The position numbers were made by a program, and so were the translations under genes. Of a DNA stretch of 26,779 nucleotides, positions 16,066 to 24,158 are shown in pieces (positions within the stretch are counted from its first letter, which is position 1; each line of letters begins with the position of its first letter). The notes beneath the pieces were generated by a model that saw only the letters and a program-made list of their open reading frames with translations, was not told the origin of the DNA and ran no database searches. This DNA comes from a virus (lineage: Duplodnaviria; Caudoviricetes), in IMG/VR virus record IMGVR_UViG_3300025084_000179, positions 1 through 26,779 of that record. One strand, 5' to 3'.

Positions 16066-16077
16066 TGTCAAAGGTAG

Positions 16078-16105
16078 TTGATTAATACGAACTTCATTAT
16101 AATAT
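16078..16105 (+). promoter_or_regulatory. Host sigma70-type promoter candidate TTGATT-N16-TAATAT
   Basis: An overlapping TATAAT is at 16098; ~10 nt before ATG 16116. Confidence 0.45.
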
Positions 16106-16115
16106 ATTTGTAGTA

Positions 16116-16814
16116 ATGAAGGCTCCTATCACATTTAAAGAAGAAACCCATACCTATACGCATAACGTTACAGGTGAAAGGTTTACATCTGTTACTACTT
16201 TACTAGGTAAATATAAGAAGCCATTTGATTCTGAAGGTGCAGCAACTAGAGTAGCGAAACGCGAGGGGGTCACGAAGGAGATGATTCTTGAAATGTGGGA
16301 GAAGGAAAAGAATAGAGCTTGTGATAGAGGTACAGAAATTCATAAGCTGCTAGAAGATTATATTACTTACGGTGATCAAGCGGATGATTGGGGTTGGCTC
16401 TATAAGAGTTACGATAAGACTCGTGATTGGAATATTGATAAGTTTGATAAGGTGTTGTGTGAGCAGTTGGTATGGAGTGAAGATTTTAAAGTATCAGGTC
16501 TTGCTGATCTAATCTATGAACATAAGGATGGTACATTTACTGTTGGAGATTTCAAGACTAATAAGCGTTATAGATTTGGATCAGATTTTGGAGAGTGGAT
16601 GCTTGAACCTCTAGACCATTTATCTGTATGTGAGCATTCAACGTACACTATGCAGCTATCATTGTATGCTTATTTATATGAGCAGATGACAGGTAAGAAA
16701 TGTCGAAAGCTTGTTATCTATTATTTGAATAAGGATAGGTTCATAGCATATCACGGTAACTATATGAAAGCAGAAGTAAAAGAATTACTAAAACACTTCT
16801 TTTATAATGGTTAA
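16116..16814 (+). CDS. PD-(D/E)XK (RecB/Cas4-like) exonuclease
   Basis: SVTTLLG, RGTEIHKLLE, EQLVW, GLADLI, GDFKT and QLSLYAY motifs. Confidence 0.85.
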   Translation: MKAPITFKEETHTYTHNVTGERFTSVTTLLGKYKKPFDSEGAATRVAKREGVTKEMILEMWEKEKNRACDRGTEIHKLLEDYITYGDQADDWGWLYKSYDKTRDWNIDKFDKVLCEQLVWSEDFKVSGLADLIYEHKDGTFTVGDFKTNKRYRFGSDFGEWMLEPLDHLSVCEHSTYTMQLSLYAYLYEQMTGKKCRKLVIYYLNKDRFIAYHGNYMKAEVKELLKHFFYNG

Positions 16815-16845
16815 TTAATATTCTTAAACTAAATAGCTTTTATAA

Positions 16846-17049
16846 ATGAAGAAGTCAAAAGTTATTTACAAACTTGAAAAGCATATTGATCAATCGCTAG
16901 AAGCACTATACACTGTTCGTGATGCTTTAGAAGAGGTAGAAGATATTGAGCTTGATGAATTAGTAAATGAAATCGTTGAAGAATTAGAATGCGATATAGC
17001 AGATAAAGTTGATCAAATACGAGAGCGGTTAGACATAATTTTTGAATAA
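16846..17049 (+). CDS. Small acidic hypothetical protein
   Basis: 67 aa helical ORF; stop overlaps the next start (TAATG); TAAATA at 16830. Confidence 0.65.
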   Translation: MKKSKVIYKLEKHIDQSLEALYTVRDALEEVEDIELDELVNEIVEELECDIADKVDQIRERLDIIFE

Positions 17050-17900
17050 TGAAAAAAAAAGTACTGATACTAGGTAAAGGATATGTTGGAGGTTATATAT
17101 TGGCTAATATGGCCAAGAATCCTGCTATTGAAGTCGAGGCTTTTTCTAAAGCAGAGTTAGATTATACCGACGAATACTACCTTCGTGACTATATGAAGGA
17201 GCATCGCTTTGATTATCTTATTAATGCGCAGGGCTTTACTGGTCGACCTAATGTAGACCAAGCAGAGACAGAAAAGGAGGCTTGTTGGAAGTATAACGTT
17301 CAAGTACCTTTGATGTTTAATACTGTATGTAGAGACCTTCATGTGCAGCCTATTCATATCACATCTGGTTGTATCTTTACTGGCTACGATAAAGCTTGGA
17401 GTGAGGTTGATGAGCCTAACTTCGGAGTGTTTAACTCCGAGTCATCTTTTTACTCTACAAGTAAGCATGCCTTTGAGTCCTTAAGTGATAATGGTATCAC
17501 TATTCGTATTCGTATGCCCTTCTGTGATATTCTTCATGATAGATCTTACCTTACTAAGATTCATAAGTATGATAATCTTATCCAAGCAGTTAACTCCAAG
17601 ACATATATTCCTGAGCTTGTAGACTTTATTGAGACTATCGTTGAGAGTGAGCGTATCGGTCATGATGTTGTTCACTTTACTAATCCTGAGCCTCTTGCTA
17701 CTACTGATGTTGTAGACATTATGAGAGGTTTTGAGCTTGAGAACCTTAACTGGTCTTGGGTTGATATTGAAGAGCTTGATCTTGCTGCAGGTAGATCTAA
17801 CTGCGTCCTCGATACTACAAAGGTCAAGCAGGAGTATGGTTATACTCTCTCTAATGAAGCAGATGCACTTAAAAAGGCTCTTGCTGCTATTACTGCTTGA
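17049..17900 (+). CDS. NDP-4-keto-6-deoxyglucose 3,5-epimerase/4-reductase (NRS/ER-type, RmlD-like SDR)
   Basis: GKGYVG Rossmann motif; GFTGRPNVDQAE, SGCIF, SFYSTSK (YxxxK) and RIRMP correspond to plant NRS/ER motifs GVTGRPNVDWCE, GCIF, SFYSKTK, RVRMP. Confidence 0.8.
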   Translation: MKKKVLILGKGYVGGYILANMAKNPAIEVEAFSKAELDYTDEYYLRDYMKEHRFDYLINAQGFTGRPNVDQAETEKEACWKYNVQVPLMFNTVCRDLHVQPIHITSGCIFTGYDKAWSEVDEPNFGVFNSESSFYSTSKHAFESLSDNGITIRIRMPFCDILHDRSYLTKIHKYDNLIQAVNSKTYIPELVDFIETIVESERIGHDVVHFTNPEPLATTDVVDIMRGFELENLNWSWVDIEELDLAAGRSNCVLDTTKVKQEYGYTLSNEADALKKALAAITA

Positions 17901-17901
17901 T

Positions 17902-17907
17902 TAAATA
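17902..17907 (+). promoter_or_regulatory. Late-promoter-like box TAAATA, 7 nt before ATG 17915
   Basis: gatTAAATAagtacgtATG. Confidence 0.55.
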
Positions 17908-17914
17908 AGTACGT

Positions 17915-20140
17915 ATGAGTATCAATATTCTTAAAGACAATGCTCTAGACATTGATATTGCTCTAATCAAAAAGGTTAGAGTTGAGAAAGATGGGGAAAT
18001 TGTCCCAGAGATATTGGAAATAGTAGATTTAGAGTTAAGTGCAATAGTAAATTTTACACTCAGAGATTCATTAACTCTACATGGTTATAGCGGTTCTTTA
18101 ACAGTTAATAATAAAAGTAAAATTCTCGATAAATTACAGATTACATCTGGTATACCTGACGATGTTTATGTTAAATTTATTATTTCGTCTAAAGATCTAG
18201 ATGAGTCGCCTGAGCGAGATAAGATGCAAACAGACTTAAGAGGGTTATGTTTAGTTAAGAGCACTGAAGCCGCATCTAGTAATATTGAGGACAATATTGT
18301 AATACTTGAGTTCGAAGAGGCAGTTATAGCTGAAATGAAATATACAAAATGGGATAGTATCTATATTAATAATCCAAATTATAATGGTACGCCGATTGAT
18401 ATTATAGAGCTGGTTGATATTTTTTATAACTTTACCTTAAAAGAAGAAAGTATTGTTGAACGTATAACGTTACCATCTCAAGGAAGTGATGTTGGAAGCA
18501 GTCAGGCTTCTCCTCTGGTAGAAGAAGCAAAAAGTGATTCTGATCGTGCAGATGATTTAACAGTTTATACAAATAATTTCAGTGAGGAACCATCTATAAA
18601 AATTCCATATCTTGAAAGTCAAGAAGTAGACGAAGATGAAAAAGATGCAACAGTGTATGATGCTTTTAAACAACAACTGAAAAAAACTACAGTCAAATAT
18701 GGTAGCAGTTCAGATAGCTATCTGTTACCCACATTTCGTTTTGTTAATGCTACTGACGGTCGTCGTATGAGGTTTGCATCTATTTTCACAGATCGTCATC
18801 GTGAGTTTATTAAGGCAGTAGAACAGGGAGACGCAAGAAATTTCTCGTTTGGAACAGATTTTAGTGATGTTTATCTAGAGAAATTCAATATAGGTCCTTT
18901 AGCGCAAGCACAAGGGATAGTTGATAAAAATACTTCTTGGCAAAATACAATTGAAACTCATGATATTGTACCTCCAGACGTGCAAACATTAAGAGAGGAG
19001 AGGTGGACTGATGTCGGTCTTGTTGGATCAACTAAGAAGGATTATAATGCAGGTACCACCGATATAAAGTTTGTACGCTATGGTGATGCGATGAAGATTT
19101 TTGCAGAAAAAAATCTTGATATTGGAGAATCTGGTTTAAATTTACCTCTTCTACCTCTAAAAACAATACCAGAAAAGAAAATATTTAAAAAAGGTGATTT
19201 CCCGGATCGGGAGATGGCAATGCAAAATCGTGCTTTCAATAGGATAATTTCAAGCTATGTGTTAGTCAATGAACAACTACATTTTACCACTAAGGGTAAA
19301 GTATATAGGCTGCCTGGGAAGTTTATTATTGTCGATAGTGGTGAAGCTATTGCAAAAGAAACGCCACAAGATATTAAAGATAGGCTAAAACAAGTCTGGT
19401 TTGTAACTAGCGTTACACATATCATTGACAACGGTGAATATACAACTGAATTCATCTGCAATAGGTTTTTTGGTGATCATGGTTTAGATACTGTAAATGT
19501 TTATGCTGAGACAGGTCAAGCCTTAACTTCTCCTGGATCATTTGAGAGCGCTTTTGATCAGGGGTTAGATAACTTAGGAGGCTCAGCGAGTATCGGAGCT
19601 AAGGCAGCCAAAGGGGCTAAGGCAGCCGCTAAAGGAATTAGTAATAATGTTCAAGAAACCATTGATAAACTTGCCAAAGAATCAGGCGTCGACGTTCCTA
19701 CAGAAACTGATACAGAACAGGCAGACGGTCAAGTTAGCGCTGAAGATCTTCCAGCTGGAGAACAACGCGACGCTGTAGTAAATAATGTAGTCGACGAAAA
19801 CGTCATATCAACAACATCAGGTAACACTGGGTCAACTTCTACTACTGGACCATCCTTAACAGATGAAGGATATAGCTTAACTAGCGGACAATATAATGTA
19901 CGGGCAGATAATCGCGCTGATGCGCAAAAGAAAATTAGGGAAGCTGAGGCTGAAGTATATCGTCAGACAGAGCTTTTAATAAATAAAAGAAATGCTAGCG
20001 GGAAGGAGCTTTTCGATGATGAAGCGGCTGCTCTAGAGCATAAGATATTGAAAGATCGTGGCGTTATATCTGGAGATTTCGATCATAATGCTTATGGTCC
20101 TGCTGATGAAAGAACATATAATCCTGCTGATTATAGTTGA
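17915..20140 (+). CDS. Baseplate hub protein, gp27/gpD/VgrG-hub-like, with C-terminal extension
   Basis: N-terminal FTLRDSL..HGYSGSLTV and later FTTKGKVYRLPGKFIIVD...WFVTSVTHII....YTTEFIC resemble hub-family motifs; ~220 aa low-complexity tail. Confidence 0.55.
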   Translation: MSINILKDNALDIDIALIKKVRVEKDGEIVPEILEIVDLELSAIVNFTLRDSLTLHGYSGSLTVNNKSKILDKLQITSGIPDDVYVKFIISSKDLDESPERDKMQTDLRGLCLVKSTEAASSNIEDNIVILEFEEAVIAEMKYTKWDSIYINNPNYNGTPIDIIELVDIFYNFTLKEESIVERITLPSQGSDVGSSQASPLVEEAKSDSDRADDLTVYTNNFSEEPSIKIPYLESQEVDEDEKDATVYDAFKQQLKKTTVKYGSSSDSYLLPTFRFVNATDGRRMRFASIFTDRHREFIKAVEQGDARNFSFGTDFSDVYLEKFNIGPLAQAQGIVDKNTSWQNTIETHDIVPPDVQTLREERWTDVGLVGSTKKDYNAGTTDIKFVRYGDAMKIFAEKNLDIGESGLNLPLLPLKTIPEKKIFKKGDFPDREMAMQNRAFNRIISSYVLVNEQLHFTTKGKVYRLPGKFIIVDSGEAIAKETPQDIKDRLKQVWFVTSVTHIIDNGEYTTEFICNRFFGDHGLDTVNVYAETGQALTSPGSFESAFDQGLDNLGGSASIGAKAAKGAKAAAKGISNNVQETIDKLAKESGVDVPTETDTEQADGQVSAEDLPAGEQRDAVVNNVVDENVISTTSGNTGSTSTTGPSLTDEGYSLTSGQYNVRADNRADAQKKIREAEAEVYRQTELLINKRNASGKELFDDEAAALEHKILKDRGVISGDFDHNAYGPADERTYNPADYS

Positions 20141-20168
20141 TTTTCATACTATCAGATATTAATATAAT
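20137..20168 (+). promoter_or_regulatory. Host sigma70-type promoter candidate TTGATT-N17-TAATAT (TATAAT overlapping)
   Basis: 8-11 nt before ATG 20177. Confidence 0.45.
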
Positions 20169-20176
20169 TGTAGTAT

Positions 20177-20749
20177 ATGCAATATAATCCGTTAGCTGAC
20201 TCTCATAAGAGTAGTGTCTATAAGAAGCTTAAAGCGCAAGGACATAAAGATGTAGTTGCTTTTACTGCTGGTAACTTTGATATTATTCATCCAGGATATA
20301 CAGCTACCTTTGAAGAGGCTAAGAGGCATTGTGATAAATTTATTGTCTTCTTGCATGGTGATCCATCATCTACTCGTTATACAAAGTACAAACCTGTAGT
20401 ACCTTACTATGATCGTTACAAGATGCTCATGTCTATTAAGCATATTGATGAGGTATACATGTATCAGACTGAAGAAGAGCTCTATGAGCTTATGAATACT
20501 TTTGATCTTGATGTTCGTATACTTGGAGAAGATTATCTCGGTAAGTCGTTTACCGGTGATGACTTATATCATGAAGTTATATACACTACAAGATCACATG
20601 AGTGGAGTACAACGAAGTTTAAGAATCGTATAGCAGCGATGACTATGATTCAGAATGAGAAGCTACGTGATAGGGTATTAGCCTTACTCAATGATGAGGA
20701 TGCATCAGAAGATATACTCAATGGAGACTTTACACAATTAGAGAAATGA
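20177..20749 (+). CDS. Cytidylyltransferase-family (TagD/RfaE-like) nucleotidyltransferase
   Basis: FTAGNFDIIHPGY (HxGH variant), KPV...DR, LGEDY, RSHEWSTT (cf. TagD RTEGISTT). Confidence 0.85.
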   Translation: MQYNPLADSHKSSVYKKLKAQGHKDVVAFTAGNFDIIHPGYTATFEEAKRHCDKFIVFLHGDPSSTRYTKYKPVVPYYDRYKMLMSIKHIDEVYMYQTEEELYELMNTFDLDVRILGEDYLGKSFTGDDLYHEVIYTTRSHEWSTTKFKNRIAAMTMIQNEKLRDRVLALLNDEDASEDILNGDFTQLEK

Positions 20750-21666
20750 AAAATTACCTTGTAACTGGAGCTGCAGGATTTATAGGCTCCCATGTTGTTG
20801 ATTTACTATTAGAGCGTGATGATGTTAAAAAGATTTACGTAGTAGACTTTCTTGGCGAAGGTTCTAATATTGCAAACCTTTCAAAGGATCCTAAAGTAGA
20901 GTTAATTGTAAGGGATTTAACTAGCCATACATGGCAAGATAGATTACCTCAAATCGATTACATTTTACATTTAGCTGCTGAATCGCATGTAGATCGATCA
21001 ATTGAAGACCCATTAGCATTTATTAGAAGTAATGTTATCGGTACTACTAATGTACTTGAATTAGCTAAACAAGATGGTGCACGTATGGTGCATGTTTCAA
21101 CTGATGAGGTATACGGCCATCTAGGTCCTGATGACGATTCATTTACAGAAGAGACTAGCATGTCACCTAGGTCGCCTTATTCTAGTTCGAAAGCTAGTTC
21201 TGATCTTATTGCATTGTCGTATGGTACAACATTTAAGACAAATGTATCAATTACCAGGTGCTGTAACAACTACGGCCCACGACAACATACTGAAAAACTC
21301 ATACCAACAGTTATAACTAGCTTGAAGCAAGGTAAGAAGATTCCTGTTTATGGTGATGGTAAAAATGTACGAGAGTGGATTCACGTTGTAGATCATGCTA
21401 AGGCTATTATTGAAGTACTATTTAATGGTACTCAAGGCGACGTGTATAATATTCCTGGTTCGTGTGAGTTGACAAACATGGAGTTAATTGAGAAAATTGT
21501 TAAGGCAGCAAAAGGATCTAATGCTGATGTGCAGGAGTATATTGAGTATGTACAAGACAGAGCTGGTCACGATTTTAGATACTCGGTATCAACTAAGCAT
21601 AACCTATCGGCTGTAGCAAACCAACGGGAATTTAATTTGGATGATGTAATTAAATTTTATGCATAA
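20746..21666 (+). CDS. rmlB: dTDP/NDP-glucose 4,6-dehydratase
   Basis: GAAGFIG, HLAAESHVDRSI, STDEVYG, YSSSK, RCCNNYGP, DRAGHDFRY. Confidence 0.95.
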   Translation: MKNYLVTGAAGFIGSHVVDLLLERDDVKKIYVVDFLGEGSNIANLSKDPKVELIVRDLTSHTWQDRLPQIDYILHLAAESHVDRSIEDPLAFIRSNVIGTTNVLELAKQDGARMVHVSTDEVYGHLGPDDDSFTEETSMSPRSPYSSSKASSDLIALSYGTTFKTNVSITRCCNNYGPRQHTEKLIPTVITSLKQGKKIPVYGDGKNVREWIHVVDHAKAIIEVLFNGTQGDVYNIPGSCELTNMELIEKIVKAAKGSNADVQEYIEYVQDRAGHDFRYSVSTKHNLSAVANQREFNLDDVIKFYA

Positions 21667-21672
21667 TAATAG

Positions 21673-21700
21673 TTGCATTAAATAGGTAACAATATAAAAT
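21673..21700 (+). promoter_or_regulatory. Host sigma70-type promoter candidate TTGCAT-N16-TAAAAT
   Basis: 6 nt before ATG 21707. Confidence 0.55.
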
Positions 21701-21706
21701 AAAGTT

Positions 21707-21895
21707 ATGGGTAAAAAGACATTTCCTAGGAAGCCTTTTAGGTTCGGTAAGTTTATTATCGAATATAAAGAGGGTACCAAAAACCCTGTACATTTTTTAA
21801 AGGAAGAGATTAATACGGAAGCAGAAGCTGAGTCAGCTGCTAAACGTTTAGAGGATCAGGGGTATGACAGAGTAGTTATCAAGCAAGTAGGTTAA
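21707..21895 (+). CDS. Hypothetical protein
   Basis: 62 aa ORF with an upstream promoter; TAATG overlap with the next gene. Confidence 0.65.
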   Translation: MGKKTFPRKPFRFGKFIIEYKEGTKNPVHFLKEEINTEAEAESAAKRLEDQGYDRVVIKQVG

Positions 21896-22173
21896 TGATA
21901 AATAGCGAGGATCTGGAGAACCTTATTTGTATTCACCGTAAGCATTTTACAGATTTTGGATTGCCGGAAGATGGTACTTTAGTAAGCATATATTATAAAT
22001 ATAATAGTAATGTGTTGCAAATTTTTGATTATTCTATACAATTTATTATAGACGGTAAACCAGGTATAAATGTTGCTAATCAAGAAAGTACAATACCTGA
22101 CCCTCTTTACAGTTACTTATTTAAGAATACTTACAAAGAACTACACGACAACGTTTTAACACAAATAAAATAA
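21895..22173 (+). CDS. Hypothetical protein
   Basis: 92 aa ORF coupled to the previous gene. Confidence 0.6.
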   Translation: MINSEDLENLICIHRKHFTDFGLPEDGTLVSIYYKYNSNVLQIFDYSIQFIIDGKPGINVANQESTIPDPLYSYLFKNTYKELHDNVLTQIK

Positions 22174-22175
22174 TA

Positions 22176-22355
22176 ATGGAAGCAAATATTAATAACTTTT
22201 TATTTAAACTAGATAGAAGTAATAATACTATTGAAATATATTTTGGTTCTGAAGCTGAGAGAGCTCACGGCTTTATCAGAGTCAAACCAGACATAACCGA
22301 AAAAGAGTTTCACTTTGAAATCTCTGATTGGTTCATTGGTAATGCAAATAATTAA
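22176..22355 (+). CDS. Hypothetical protein (59 aa, not in the ORF track)
   Basis: MEANINNFLFKLDRSNNTIEIYFGSEAERAHGFIRVKPDITEKEFHFEISDWFIGNANN; fills the gap, starting 2 nt after the previous stop. Confidence 0.6.
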   Translation: MEANINNFLFKLDRSNNTIEIYFGSEAERAHGFIRVKPDITEKEFHFEISDWFIGNANN

Positions 22356-22383
22356 TTGCATTTTAATAGTTAGTATGTAAACT
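22356..22383 (+). promoter_or_regulatory. Host sigma70-type promoter candidate TTGCAT-N16-TAAACT
   Basis: 6 nt before ATG 22390. Confidence 0.55.
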
Positions 22384-22389
22384 ATATCT

Positions 22390-22851
22390 ATGAAACTAAC
22401 ATTAACTATTATTACTTTAGTAGCAATTGCTATTGCCGTACCGCTTATACTTAACAGAGAACCTGTCTTTAAAGGTAGAGAGTATGATGGAGAATCTCTT
22501 ACAGCTAATCTATTTGCGAATCCAATTACATTTACTGATACAGATGGTAATTTAGTTGATGGTTATGCAGTAAGATATTATACAGGTACAGATAAACTAT
22601 ACTCTAAAGCTAGTTTTAAAGATGGAGTTATGCATGGACCGTTTCTCTCTTTCTGGGATAACGGCCAAATGCAAATGACAATGGAATGGGATAATGGAAC
22701 TCGTTACAAAAAAATGCGCACATGGGATCGAGATGGTAAGAGATTGAGAGGGACTGGAGAAGAGCAAATGGCGAAAATCAGAAGTTTGGATAAGCAACTA
22801 GGTGTCTCGATGGATGAATTAGAAAAGATTAAATTGGAGTTTGTTGAATAA
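22390..22851 (+). CDS. Membrane-anchored/exported MORN-variant (YwqK-like) repeat protein
   Basis: N-terminal hydrophobic segment; FKDGVMHGPFLSFWDNGQMQMTMEWDNG...TWDRDG repeats. Confidence 0.65.
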   Translation: MKLTLTIITLVAIAIAVPLILNREPVFKGREYDGESLTANLFANPITFTDTDGNLVDGYAVRYYTGTDKLYSKASFKDGVMHGPFLSFWDNGQMQMTMEWDNGTRYKKMRTWDRDGKRLRGTGEEQMAKIRSLDKQLGVSMDELEKIKLEFVE

Positions 22852-22867
22852 GGAACTCCGATATAAT
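22851..22867 (+). promoter_or_regulatory. AGGAAC-N5-TATAAT promoter-like element (copy 1)
   Basis: AGGAACtccgaTATAATaatagtATG(22874). Confidence 0.75.
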
Positions 22868-22873
22868 AATAGT

Positions 22874-23308
22874 ATGAAAAAGACGATACAACTGGTGGTC
22901 ATAACAGGACTAACAACTTGCTTTGGACTTGCGGCATGGCATGGTTATAAAGAGCCTAAGATTGAAGTGCAAGTAAAGGAAACAGTTAAAGAGGTATGTC
23001 CAGAAAATGCTGAAGCGTGCGTCTCTTTAACTAAATGGCAGCTTAAAAAGATGCTAAGTATGTTTGGAGATGACTCGCACCCAGCTGATACTCTTAAATT
23101 TAATACTATTATTAAGAAAGATTCCGCTGGATGGAGATTGTCATCTACTCATCTCGCAAAAGGGGCGGAAGCTTTTCCTCTACCATCTGGAGAGTTTTTT
23201 GTAGTTGACTCATCTTATATCGATCATGCTGGAAGCTTTAAAGATTGTGTTGAGTATGCAGATAGCTATAAGAACTTTCACGATTATGTAGTGGTTAGTT
23301 CCAAATAG
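22874..23308 (+). CDS. Hypothetical exported/membrane-anchored protein (start revised to ATG 22874)
   Basis: MKKTIQLVVITGLTTCFGLAAW is signal-like; the start follows the AGGAAC element. Confidence 0.7.
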   Translation: MKKTIQLVVITGLTTCFGLAAWHGYKEPKIEVQVKETVKEVCPENAEACVSLTKWQLKKMLSMFGDDSHPADTLKFNTIIKKDSAGWRLSSTHLAKGAEAFPLPSGEFFVVDSSYIDHAGSFKDCVEYADSYKNFHDYVVVSSK

Positions 23309-23323
23309 GAACCCCGATATAAT
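23307..23323 (+). promoter_or_regulatory. AGGAAC-N5-TATAAT promoter-like element (copy 2)
   Basis: AGGAACcccgaTATAATtaaggtgtaATG(23333). Confidence 0.75.
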
Positions 23324-23332
23324 TAAGGTGTA

Positions 23333-23584
23333 ATGAAGATTGTATATTGTGCTTGCGGCTGTCTTGTTAGACCAGCTCGTGTAGAAGCTGGCTTTAGTAA
23401 TTGTATTAGATGCGCTAACGAGAATCCTGTAGAACCTCCGAAAGGTCGTATGGTTTATACTGGTAAGGTTGGAGCAGAGATTGAGATTATGTCTGCAGAG
23501 ACTTGGAGAGAGAATAAGGATAGATTTTGTCCTAAGGGTGCTCGTAGCGCTGTTAAGAACTTTAGCAAGAACGTCTGCGCTTAG
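23333..23584 (+). CDS. DksA/TraR-type C4 zinc-finger protein
   Basis: CACGCLVRPARVEAGFSNCIRCA resembles CxxCGxxIxxxRLxAxPxxxxCxxC. Confidence 0.6.
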   Translation: MKIVYCACGCLVRPARVEAGFSNCIRCANENPVEPPKGRMVYTGKVGAEIEIMSAETWRENKDRFCPKGARSAVKNFSKNVCA

Positions 23585-23599
23585 GAACTATAATATAAT
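23583..23599 (+). promoter_or_regulatory. AGGAAC-N5-TATAAT promoter-like element (copy 3)
   Basis: AGGAACtataaTATAATtaggtATG(23605). Confidence 0.75.
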
Positions 23600-23604
23600 T
23601 AGGT

Positions 23605-23862
23605 ATGGCAGCAAGAAAAGATAAGCAGGGTCGTAGAATGATTAGCGGTCATTACGTTAAGGATGCCTACTTCTTTATGCAAGACTTGCAAGAGGCTCTG
23701 ATGATGAATGATGTTACAGACTTTACTCAGACCGATGCTCGTTATGCTCAACGCCTTGTAGAAGAGCTCGATGAGATGAGACCTTTGATTCAGTCTCTGG
23801 CTAATAACTTAGAGGCTAACTCTCCTGCTGAGATTATTACTAACTGGCATGATCTAAAGTAG
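23605..23862 (+). CDS. Hypothetical protein
   Basis: 85 aa ORF after the AGGAAC element. Confidence 0.7.
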   Translation: MAARKDKQGRRMISGHYVKDAYFFMQDLQEALMMNDVTDFTQTDARYAQRLVEELDEMRPLIQSLANNLEANSPAEIITNWHDLK

Positions 23863-23865
23863 TTA

Positions 23866-23882
23866 AGGAACTCCGATATAAT
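23866..23882 (+). promoter_or_regulatory. AGGAAC-N5-TATAAT promoter-like element (copy 4)
   Basis: AGGAACtccgaTATAATaatagtATG(23889); identical to copy 1 through the ATG. Confidence 0.75.
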
Positions 23883-23888
23883 AATAGT

Positions 23889-24158
23889 ATGAACCCAACG
23901 AGAGAAGATCTTATTATGCTCGGTTATCTTAAGCCGGGAGATGCCGTCGCTAGCGCACCTAAACGTGAACGTCTAACTTTTTTGACTGATTCCGATATCG
24001 AGTATGCTGAGCGTCACGGACTAACTCCTCAAGAAATGATTGACTTTAAAGAAGAAGTAATGATTGAGGAAGAGATTATTCGCGATCATCATATGATGGC
24101 TGATAAAGATAAAGCAGAGATTTTTAATTCTCCTCAATCACAATACTTGGCATGGTAA
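23889..24158 (+). CDS. Hypothetical protein
   Basis: 89 aa ORF after the AGGAAC element. Confidence 0.7.
   Translation: MNPTREDLIMLGYLKPGDAVASAPKRERLTFLTDSDIEYAERHGLTPQEMIDFKEEVMIEEEIIRDHHMMADKDKAEIFNSPQSQYLAW

Noticed and set aside
16116-16814. Cas4-like nuclease as evidence of a CRISPR system
   Set aside because: No array or other cas genes, and no four-Cys Fe-S pattern evident; stand-alone PD-(D/E)XK nucleases are common in phages.
1-20140. Bacterial contractile injection system (T6SS/eCIS/tailocin)
   Set aside because: A T4-type terminase, neck protein, late boxes and dense small accessory ORFs indicate a genuine phage.
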